DNA from: Chrysemys picta bellii
Taxonomy: Eukaryota
Direction: 5' to 3'
DNA: 64,000 nucleotides
Assembly (NCBI RefSeq): GCF_011386835.1
Contig: NC_088795.1
Location: 118,606,001 to 118,670,000 of the forward strand
How positions within the stretch are numbered: the first letter of the stretch is position 1; every line of letters starts with the position of its first letter. The position numbers and the translations under genes were made by a program. The notes below the pieces were generated by a model that ran no database searches, was not told where the DNA came from, and was given only the letters and a program-made list of their open reading frames with translations. Below are positions 11,206-21,810 of this stretch, piece by piece.

Positions 11206-14200
11206 TAGTAATTTCTCACCCTGACTGATGATACAAGCAGACCCTAATATACTAGATAGTGGAATCTTGCAGTTTTTTGTCTTTGTTTGTTTGTTTGTTT
11301 GTTTTGTTTTTGGCTAGGTAATCTACTTTGATCTGTTTGCTATCACTTATCACTTAAAATGTATCTTTCTGTAGTTGTTTTGAGTGAAGTGTCTGGAAAA
11401 ATCTCAGCTCAGTTAGCAAGGGCTGGTGTGCATAGTCTTCTGCACATTGTGAGAGATGCAAACTGGGTAATTAATTCATACTGGTTGGGTTTTTGACCGG
11501 GCAGGACAGTACAACTCTAGGGTCCTAGGCTGCAGAGTTGGGGGTATTTTGTCTGTGGCCTTTCTATTGTTGGTTCATGCAGTGGCTGGCCAGAGCCTGA
11601 ATGTAACTGCAGTTGGGTATGTCCCTACATGTGTGAATGCTGGTTTGAGTGTAGGACCAGGAGCAGTCTGCAGTTTGTCACAGCAGCACAGTGTGAGCGG
11701 GAACCCAGACTGGTGAGTTAGAGGGCTCAGTGGTACCCCAGTTCCAGGTTGCACCAGGGAGGGGACACATCACACCCTCCAATCTCTAATAGCCAATGGG
11801 GGAAGTGGCCTAGACTTTGATGCACCCCAGAAGGGAAACTGAACTCTTTAATGGCCCAGCAGGAGAGTTAGGGCCTGAAAGGCCCAGAGAGGGCAAGGAC
11901 ATTTCCTCTAGAGGAAGCCCTGGAATATGGTCTCAGCCCTGGTATTGAGCCATTTATAGGCTGCGGGATTAATTAAGGACCTAAGACCAAGGAGGGCTAT
12001 AGGGAAAGAAAGTGCAGGCACACACATATTTGACCGGTGGCGCTCATGAGAGGTGAGTGCACCCCATTTCGGTCCCATTCTTGGTTGGTCCCTAGGTACT
12101 ACCATAATATAGAACCTCAGTTGTTCAGGGTGTGTGCTAGAGCCTACACTCTAGATCCTCTTCCCACTACACCAGTTTTATGCTGGTGTAATGCCAATGA
12201 AATCAATACAATTTTACTGGTGTAAACTGGTCTAATGGAGTAGACAGTCAGGCCCAAGTCTGGATTGAATGGAAGACAAAATATAAAATCTCTATTATAA
12301 TCTTTGAGACAACTTTGAGAACAGATCATTTGAGATCATTCAGCTATTACAAGATTTACTTCTTACAGTGCATCGCCTCTCATAATATATCTGATTGTGT
12401 ACACTGAATGTGCAGATGCCACATTGCCATGTATTTCTGAATCCTTACCCATTTCACATCAACAGACCTCTAACTAATGCTGCCTGAAAATGTTTAATTG
12501 CTTATCAGCTTCTAGAAACAGTACCAGTCAAGTACACAAGGCTTGTATATATCCAGATGAATAAAATCTAATCCATTTCTGATTGTAACATGGGATGATA
12601 GAAGAGATCTTTGTTTAAATGTATGGTGTATTTGCATAGTGTAGAAGGGGAATAGACCAGAGTAAATACTGTTCTCTTGACTAATCTGTCAAAATTATCA
12701 CTAAGAATTTCTTTCTCATAGGAATTGTGGGTTGTTACTTTCTCCTCTGTACTGGTATGATGTGACCCAGAGGTGGCCGCATTTCAACAGCGGTGGAGGG
12801 AGATAATAGTGAAGTGGGTTTTTTTATTATTATTTTAATCATTAAATGTCTTTAGAAATCTGAAGTATTATAGTTCACTGTCATCCCTTCTCATGCCAAA
12901 TTATCTTTGTGATGGTATGCAAAACATACCTCTAATGTTACTTGATGTCCCCTTTGGAGTATAGATAATCCAGTAGAAAATCAGAACTTCAAAGCCTGCA
13001 ACATAGTTTACATCCAAAGTGAGGTTGAGCAGAGGCCCCCAATGTAAGGGGTTAACAGATTCACCTAATAACTTATCTTCTCTGTTCCTAGAGTTCACTG
13101 ATATATTGTATGTATACTAAGAAAGTAATTTATTTCTGCCTGTATGCCAAGTACATGGTATATATGGTCAAGCAATTACTTGTATTACTGTCTATCATAT
13201 CTTGAGTAAAGTATTTAAAAGAATTGGCCAGAGGCAACTAGTACTGACTCTGTAACTTTATACAGTATTTGTGAAAGTGATTATTTTGTTTCTGCACAAA
13301 ACGACATGGAGGGCTCAATTATGGGATCCTTTGTTCTTGTTGCCATGGCATTTTGTATAAGCACAGCAAATGTCTAAAATGGGCTTGTAATCAAAATTCT
13401 TACAATATTCTGACTTTTGTCTTCTCTTCAGATGCGGTGACTGTCAGCTAAGCTACTGCAAAATCTGACAATGGCAACTGCAAACCAATCGTGCGTGATA
13501 AAACTCACTGAGCCAAAATGAAGCCACTGGAGTTGACAATGGAAGTTTACACCATTGGTGAATTTGATTCATTTTCAAAGTATATTTTCAGCATGTTATA
13601 TTGTATTTTAGCTGTTTATTTCTGTAGAAGTTAGTGAGCCAAATTCAGCAGTGATGTAAACTACATCTAAATTTACATATTAGATGTAAGCTTGCCATAA
13701 GTGGCAATGGAGTGTACTTTGCACCAACTTTTGCACTGAATAGTTTAGTGCAATGAGTGGGAGTTACTGCATGCTGCCAAGACCGTATTCAGCCTTGAAG
13801 TCAGTGGGAGTGACTTATACCATGGGTGAATAAAACCTTTGGAATAGTATGGGCATAAGAAGCAGAGGAAGGCTTCATTTTCATTTTACACCTTGGTGCT
13901 AGTTGTTTTCCTGCTACCACCCTCACTTCAGCATGTAGGTTACACTTGTTATGCACACCCACTGAATGCCAAATCAGTTGTATAGAATTATATCTTAAAG
14001 CAGGTGTAAATTGGTGGGTGGGGGAAGCAAATTGCAGTAGCAGGAGTCCTATCTAAATAAAACCAGACATCCAGCCTAAGGAAGCAACTGAACAAATAAC
14101 ACAATACATATATTTAAGTCCCTGATAAAAGCCATATTAGGTTCAGACTACAAAAACTCACTTTCTTAAAAACAGCCTTGTTTTACTAAAATGTCATTCA

Positions 14201-14360
14201 CTCGAAGCAATTAGAATTTTAACTGCATGGCTGCTACAGCCAGTAAACTTTTCAATTTGCCTCTGAGGTAAGGAAAGAATTAATACCGACAAGACTTCCA
14301 AGTGGTCAGAAAAAATTGGAATACAGGGACCATACCTTTATCTCTGGGCAAAACACATAT

Positions 14361-14973
14361 CAGGGCCGTCCTTAGGCATACGCAGCTGCCTAGGGCACCA
14401 TGAAATTTGGGGCACCAAATTGCCCCAAATTTCATGGTGCCCTAGGCAGCTGCGTGCTGCATATGGCAGCACCAGCCCTGGCGACCAGCCCTATCCCTCG
14501 GCCACCCCCACAAGGGGCAGGGCCGTCCCTGGGAGCGGGGGCCCGGACAACTCCCTCTGCCCTGCCTCTTACCCTTTCCCCCTGCTCCGCCCCCGGCCCA
14601 CCCCCATTCCACCTCTCCCCCCCCCCCCCCCGCACTCACCAGCAGCGGCAGGAAGCGGAGCAACCTGGCCCCAGTCCGCTCTACTCCGCCAGCTCCCAGC
14701 TGCAGCGCTCTGCTTCCCGCCACCAGTGAGTGCAGGGAAAGGATCGCCCCCCGCCCCTTCCCCTAGTGATACGGCTGGGGCCGGGGCGAGGGAAGCGGAG
14801 CGGGCCGGTCCCAGCCCCCCGCTAATCCCCCGGGCCTTTCTGGGCCTCTGGGGCTCCCAAAGGTGGCCCCCCACAGCTCCTGCCTCCCAGACCTGGTGGG
14901 GGGAGAGGTCTGGGACCCCACACAGCCCCGGGGGTGGCTGCGTAGGGCACTCAAATGGCTAGGGATGGCCCTG
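14361..14973. mobile_element. GC-rich hAT-like MITE with internal perfect hairpin
   Basis: TIRs cagggccgtcc / ggatggccctg; TSD not preserved. Confidence 0.75.
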
Positions 14974-16594
14974 GGAGAGATGTCTATAAAATGGAGATAA
15001 ATGACAAGATTTTCAAAAATTGGAGCCAAAAATTAGCCTCCCAAATTCAAGGCATAATTATTATAGCTCTGGTTGACCTGTTGCGTGCACAGAAGTTTTG
15101 AAAATCAGGCGACTACTTTAGCTTTGTAAATATGGATTTAGGAGCTTACATTTAAGCTCCTATTTCTGAAAATCTTGGCAAATATTCACATGGCTGTGTA
15201 AATATTTATTTTTAAAGCACTTCGAAGATAAAAAGTGATTGTATAAATGCTAAATATTATTCCAATAAAACTTAATTTAGTTCCAACATAGCAGTAACAC
15301 TACAGCACAACTATAAAGATACACCCTTTCAATACACTCTGAACCCTATAGTCTTCTGTTTCCATGAAGTTTTATATCATGGTGTGACACCATGTTATTA
15401 ACCATAAATCCTATGCACAACTAGGAGATATTTTTCCCCTATTCCCACAGGAGCTCTTCAAACATGCTGTTAATCTTACCCAAGAGACCTTCAGTAGAGT
15501 ATGCCCAGAGGGCAAGAGATTAAAACACATAAAATGTCTCAAATTGTTTAGTTTCCTCTGAAGAGCAGGAAAAAACTGAAATGGGTTAATCTGTTTATCT
15601 GGATTCAATTGCTTTCAATAAAAAGTTCAAATTTGTTCAGACTGTATTGCCAGTTGCTCCTGAAATGAACTCTAATTTATATCAAATTTCAAACCCATCT
15701 AAAAGTCCCAATGATGTGGAAATAACTGACCTTTTTTGTGATTCATATCACTGACTAAATATTACTATACAAGTGCAAAGTAGTGGTATTAGTGTATTGC
15801 AGACTTCCCAAGATTCCCCTTGGAATCTGATAGATGCTGTAGGGGAATCATTGCAATATATACCTTTTCAGATTCTCCACGATACATAGAATAAAATCGC
15901 AGGTACAGTGGATTGAGTTTGTGATCTTCATAAAAGTGCTTTAGTTTCTAGAGATAACTTCTCTATGCTCTGTTTGCCCGTCTTATCCCACCTATTATCA
16001 AGTTCTGACTAATGGCTGCTGTCAGGAGTGAGTAACAGTGCAAAAAAACAAGGACTAAATCCTCCTACTGCACTAAAAAAAAAAAAAAAAATCTAAGGAC
16101 CCCCAAGATAGGCCGAATGTCAGAAATATTTGGTTAGGAGCAATTCAAGCAGAATCATTCCCATAGACTGACAGAAATTAAGTGTTTAACATATCACAAA
16201 TGTAACCAAGCAAAGAGATAAATTACAAAGAAATGTAGGGATCTGAAGCACAGTCCAGAAAAAATATAGAGAGCAGGGATATATACTCAGAGAGGAAAAA
16301 TATATTGTAAAAATATATTGTTTATGTATCTTCATTACATTAAGAGTTAAAATTATTTAATCAAATTAAATCATGGAAAATATGATTTACATAGAGATAG
16401 GAACAGTTTCATTTCTGTGAATTGTTTTATTTCTGAAAATGACATTCATAACCATACATTTGGAAATATACAAATGTTAATATTTCAAAATGTATAACTA
16501 TGAATGTCATTTTCAGTATATATCACATTTTCTTCTCACTAGATGACATTTATTTAACACTTATTGCATCTGTTCATGTTTTAAAATAACAATT

Positions 16595-17995
16595 CATATA
16601 AGAACATAGGAATGGACATACTGGGTCAGACCAATGGTCCATCTACCCCAATAGCCTCTCTTGTTACAGTAGCCAGTGAAAACTACTACAGAAGAAATGA
16701 ACATAACAGGGCAATTATCGAGTAATCCATCCACTGTGTTCCAGTCCTAGCTTCTGGCAGTCAGAGGTTTAGGAAGACCCAGAGCATGGGGCTGTATCCC
16801 TTGCCATCTTGGCTAATAGCCATTGATGGACCTATCCTCCATAAACTTATCTACTTCTTTTTAACCCCAGTTATACTTTTGGCTTTCACAACATCCCATG
16901 GCAATGAGTTCCACAAGTTGGCAGGAATTGTGTGAATGTCTTATGTTTGTTTTTAAACCTGCTGCCTATTAATTTCATTGGGTGACCCCTGATTCTTGTG
17001 GTATGTGAAGGGATATATAACAATTCCCTATTCATTCTCTCCACCATTCCTGATTTTATAGCCCTCCTATATCGCCCCTTAATCATCCCTTTTCTAAACT
17101 GAAGAGACCATGTTGTCTTAATCTCTCTCCTCATTTGGAAGCTGTTCCATATCCCTAATGATTTTCATTGCCTTCTCTGTACCTTTTCCAATTCTACTAT
17201 ATCTTTTCTGAGGTGAGGTGACCAAAACTACATGCAGTACTCAAGGTATGGGTATACTATGGATTTATATAGTGGCATAAGGGTATTATCTGTCTTATTA
17301 TCTAACCTTTCCTAATGGTTCCTAACATTGTTAGCTTTTTTGACTGCCAGTGCACGCTGAGCAGATGTTTTCAGAGAACTATCCACAATGACTCCAAGAT
17401 CTTTTTCTTGAGTGGTAACAGCTAATTTAGACACCTCAGACTGTATGTATAGTTGGGATTATTTTTTTGCAATATTCATTACTTTCCATTTATCAGTACT
17501 GAATTTCATCTGCCATTTTGTCACCCAGTCTAGTGAGATCCCTTTGTAACTTTACTATCCTGAGTAATTTAAGTATTTGCTAATTTTGCCACCTCACTGT
17601 TCTCCCATTTATCCAGATCATTTATGTTGACCAATACAGATCCTTGAGGAACCCTGCAGTTTACCTTTCTCCATAGTGGAAAACTGACCATTTATTCCTG
17701 CCCTATTCCTATCTTTTAACAAGTTAATAATCCATGAAAAGACATTCCCTCATATCCCATGACTGCTTACTTTGCTTAAGAGCCTTTGGTACAGGACCGT
17801 GTCAAAGGCTTTCTGAAAGTCCAAGTAGACTGTATCAGCTGGATCACCCTTGTGTACATTCTTGTTGACCCCCTCAAAGAATTCTAATAGATTGGTAAGG
17901 CATGATTGCCAGTTACAAAAACTGTGTTAACTCTTCCCAACATATCCTGTTCATCTATGTCTAATAGTTCTGTTCTTTACTGTAGCTTTCAACCA
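16595..17995 (-). mobile_element. CR1 LINE 3' portion
   Basis: Plus strand opens with the reverse-complement CR1 3' end aagaacataggaatggacatactgggtcagacc; RT-region remnants follow. Confidence 0.9.
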
Positions 17996-18580
17996 ATATG
18001 TTTCCACTGTGCATGTATAATATTTCCACTATGTATGTTACTGTGCTTGTTTAACTGATCTAGGGCTTTTTTTCCCTTCTTGAGTCTTGCACAAAAGGGT
18101 GTTTTGGCCTAAGTCAACAATGAAATGTTCTGCACTAGCTTAGATTCTATGATTGATTTTTGGCCACTTAGACAGTGAGACAACTTCACCAGTTTGCTCT
18201 GGATTGTATCCACTTGCTGCATGGCCATGTCTCAAAGTTAGGCTAAAAAAACCTTCTGCTCTGTGCAGATTGAGTACTTTGCAATCCCATCGTATGAGCC
18301 TTATTTCTGTACATACGTGGAATTTGACTCACTTTCTAACTTTGTACACTTTCTCCCACTCAATGATTTTTTCAGCTTAGAAGTGCCAGCATAGAACATT
18401 AGCACTTCATAGAATGCTGCCTTCCTTCAACCAGAGAAGAAAAAATACACTAAAGACTTAGCGAAGGGAGTAAGAAATGGCACCCTTCCTTGGTTTCCAG
18501 CACTATGCAGATGCAGACACCTTTCTTTAATGCTGAACAGAAGGTACAGAGGTATCACTTTCATGGAGCATACTGGGGCA

Positions 18581-18977
18581 CATATACACCGACTTCCCCT
18601 CTTTCCGTGGCTGCTCGACCCCCACTCTGTCCCTGGCCCCGCCCCCACTCCACCCCTTCCATGAGGCCCCACCCCTGCCTCGCCCCCATTCCAACCCCTT
18701 CCCCCAAGTCCCTGCCACAACTCCGCCCCCTCCCTGCCCCTATTCCAACTCCTTCCCCAAATCCCCGCCTCCTCCCCCCCCCTCCCAAAGCATGCTAACG
18801 CTGTCAAACAGCTGTTTGGTGGCGGCCGGGCGGGAAGCGCTGGGAGGTAGGCGGAGGAGCGGGTATGCAGCACACTCAGGAGAGGAGGAGGAGGAGGTGG
18901 GGGCGGAGGGTGAAGGGGGCTTGGCTGCCAGGGGTGCAGAGCATCCACTAATTTTTCCCCGTGAGTCAGCACCTATG
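18581..18977. mobile_element. hAT-type MITE
   Basis: Perfect 8-bp TSD ctggggca (18573-18580 / 18978-18985); right TIR gagtcagcacctatg; decayed left TIR catatacaccgact. Confidence 0.85.
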
Positions 18978-19400
18978 CTGGGGCAGGCTCTCAGCAAGCA
19001 AGAAACCCGGACAGGGGAAGGCAGTAAATTAACTGTATTTAACCGACATAGGAAAGAAAAAAGCAATTAAAAAAACGTGTATGATCTTTGATATTCAAGA
19101 CCAGCTCCTACTATGGTCTTTATTAAAAAAAAAAAAAAAACACATTTAGGGTGAAATCTTGATCCCCACTGCAGCCAATTTTGCTATTAATTGAATGGGG
19201 CTAGGATTTCACCTTTTTGAGTATGTGTGCGCATCTATTTGGAGAAAACATTTCAGGGAGAATAACACACATGCTGACCCCAGTGAAATATCCATCTGTA
19301 TATCAGAAGGCACAATTTAGCTCATAAAACAGGAGATGGGGATTAGAAAACAAACGTATGATGGAGACCTCATTTTTTAAGGAAAGCAACACAGATCTCA

Positions 19401-19648
19401 GGGTATGTGTACACTACACGCTCTATAGTGGCAGCAAGTTCTGCAGTGCTGTATTATAAACACAAACGGTAGAGGTACTTTTGTTGCTGTAGTAAATCCT
19501 CCCCCATCAAGAAGCGGAAGCCAGGTTGACAGAAGAATTCTTCCTGATACCTAGCAGTGCCTATACTGGGCTTAGGGTGGCTTAACTACATCTCTGAGGT
19601 CCCTGTGCGCCAGTTAGGTCAATCTAAGTTTTAGGTGCAGACCAGGCC
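19401..19648. mobile_element. Degenerate Harbinger-type MITE
   Basis: Ends gggtatgtgtacact / aggtgcagaccaggcc; body resembles 3689-3971 and 50809-51047. Confidence 0.6.
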
Positions 19649-19760
19649 ACTCACACAAAACGTAAACAACTCTGCCTCCTAAACTAGTCAAGATATTTCT
19701 CCTCCCCAGCAGGAAGAAGAAGATTGGAATCTGTAAACATGTGGGTAGCACTCAGATATA

Positions 19761-20316
19761 CAGAGGAACCTTAGAGTTACGAACACCAGAGTTACGAACT
19801 GACCAGTCAACCACACACCTCATTTGGAAATATGCAACCAGGCAGCAGCAGAGACGAAAAAATAAAAGAAAGCAAATACAGTATAATGCTGTCTTAAATG
19901 TAAACTACTAAAAAATAAAGGGAAAGTTTAAAAAAAGATTTGACAAGGTAATGAAATTGTTTCTGTGCGTGTTTCATTTAAATTAAGAGGATTAAAAGTA
20001 GCACTTTTCTTCTGTGTAGTAAAGTTTCAAAGATGTATTAAGTCAGCATTCAGTTGTAAACTTTTGAAAGAACAACCATAACATTTCATGCAAAGTTACA
20101 AATATTTCAGAAGTACGAACAACCTCCATTCCTGAGGTGTTCGTAAGGGTGAAGTCTTCGTGAGTATGTACAACATGCCTCGGGTGGCACCTGACCAGGA
20201 TTTATCACCAACTTTGGTCCGCTGGTTGGACCATTAGCTTCCCCGGCCTGGGTCAGGCACTAACCAGGAGTGTGACATGAACACTGATCCCTTCCCCGCA
20301 CTCTGAGGTTCTCCTG
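19761..20316. mobile_element. Tigger-like Tc1/mariner MITE with interrupted right TIR
   Basis: TA flanks; left TIR cagaggaaccttagagttacgaacacc; right TIR ggtgttcgtaa[154 bp]ctctgaggttctcctg. Confidence 0.75.
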
Positions 20317-21269
20317 TATACTGATGGGGACCATATTAGTACATAGATAAAGCTATTATAGAGGAAGTTATGAACTACTCCCTTGCACCAGTCATGTATC
20401 CGCCTCCTTGTGTTTCTGAACAGACAAGTCTGGGCAAAACATGTTACAGTTTGTTATATTTATTGTCTGTCCCACCAAGCCCTATGGCTCAGGCACTGCT
20501 CTGGGACATTGGAGAGCTGGCTTCAGTTCCCATACCACAAGCCTTCCTGTGTGACTTCGGTTCCCCCCCCAGGAAGGTGATGCTAGGATGCGCTGATTAA
20601 TATTTGGGCAGGCACTAGGATCCCCAGTTGATGGTAGTTATTAAGTACTGTGAAAGCTGGGCTCCGGGCTTTCTTGGCAGATGTTCAGCCCTCTCTCGGG
20701 GAGGCACTTCAGCGCCACACGGAATCTCTGCAGGCTCAACTCCGGGCGCATGTAAACTCCACCGTCTTCCTTTGCAACCAGGGGCCGGACTTCGCTCCCG
20801 TAGTCTTGCAGCGCGGTAACGCCTCTGATTCCAGCGTGTGGGCGCGGAGGGGGAGGCCCGGGGTGAGTGAGGACCTGTTGTGCCAAGGGCGGCCCTTGGC
20901 AGGTCACGTTGCACAGCCCCATCTGTCCCGCCCCCGGCCCTTGCCCTGCCCCCAGCGGTTCCCAGGCCCGCTCTCAAGGCCCAGCAAGTGCAGTAACCTC
21001 CAGCCGCCTCCCTCTCTCGCTGCAGGAAAACACGCAGCGCAACTCTGCCCGCCCCGCCCCAAGCCCGGGCCCCGCCGCACTGGCTCTGCAAGGTCCCACC
21101 CACCCTGCTGCTCCCCAGCCAGCGCCGGGACAAAGCAGCTCCCCGGGCGGCTTTCCTGGGGAGCGGGGGGGCGCGAGCGCGGTGAGTGGCAGGCGGGCTA
21201 CCCCTGCGCTAGGCGCCGGCTGGCTGCAGCCGCGGCGGGGGCCGGGCAGGGAGAGGGGGGCGGGGTCGG

Positions 21270-21381
21270 CAGCTTCCCAGGCTAGGGCTGTGGGCTGCAC
21301 CGGCGCCGCGCTGAGTCTGCGCGCAGCCGCGGGAGGAGCTGGAGCCCAACTTTGCTGGGGACTCTGCCCTGCCGGGCTCAG
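21270..21381 (+). other. WFS1: Probable non-coding exon 1 (start unknown and approximate; 3' end fixed by the donor)
   Basis: Consensus donor CAG|GTGAGT at 21381/21382; mammalian WFS1 has a non-coding first exon and exon 2 here has only 5 nt before the ATG. Confidence 0.6.
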
Positions 21382-21478
21382 GTGAGTGCTTGGAGCGGCA
21401 GCCGGGGCTCTGAGCCTCCTGCAAACAGGGAACCCCCTTGTTCCGCTGGACACCGTCCCCGCAGCTCTTGGGGGGGCT

Positions 21479-21810
21479 GCCTGCACCCTACCGCGGGACC
21501 GGGACCCACCGCCTGCGCCCACCCCATTTCCCCCGCTGTGCACCCCCTCGAGAGGTGGACCCTCTGCCTGCGTCCCCCCCAGCTGTGCACCCTCCTCGGG
21601 AGCAGGGACCCCAGTCCCCGAGCCCTCCCCAGCTGTGCACCCTTCTCGGGAGCAGGGACCTCACCCACGAGACCTCCCCAGGTGTGCATCCCCCTCGGGT
21701 GCAGGGACGCCCCTTCCCCAGCTGTGCACGCCCTTCGAGAGCAAGACCTACTGCCTGCGTCCCCCTAGCTGCGTATCCCCCTCGGAAGCGGGACCCACTG
21801 CCTGTCTCCC
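21479..21810 (+). repeat. Degenerate GC-rich minisatellite, about 40-50-bp unit, about 7 copies
   Basis: Recurring gctgtgcaccc..ctcgggagcagggacc unit at about 21535, 21582, 21632, 21682, 21721 and 21768. Confidence 0.75.

Larger units (their letters stand above)
9855..11773 (+). mobile_element. LTR-like element hosting a nested MITE and SINE
   Basis: Ends in gtggtaccccagttccaggttgcacc...catcaca, a reptile LTR-like 3' end recalled from memory; left boundary uncertain. Confidence 0.5.

Noticed and set aside
1-20600. A second host protein-coding gene upstream of WFS1
   Set aside because: No ORF or spliced exon chain with a recognisable host protein; coding-like pieces are CR1 or DIRS remnants
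20300-21400. Canonical ER-stress elements expected for WFS1
   Set aside because: I found no CCAAT-N9-CCACG, ATTGG-N-CCACG or TGACGTGG by eye; gtcacgtt at about 20903 is only a partial match
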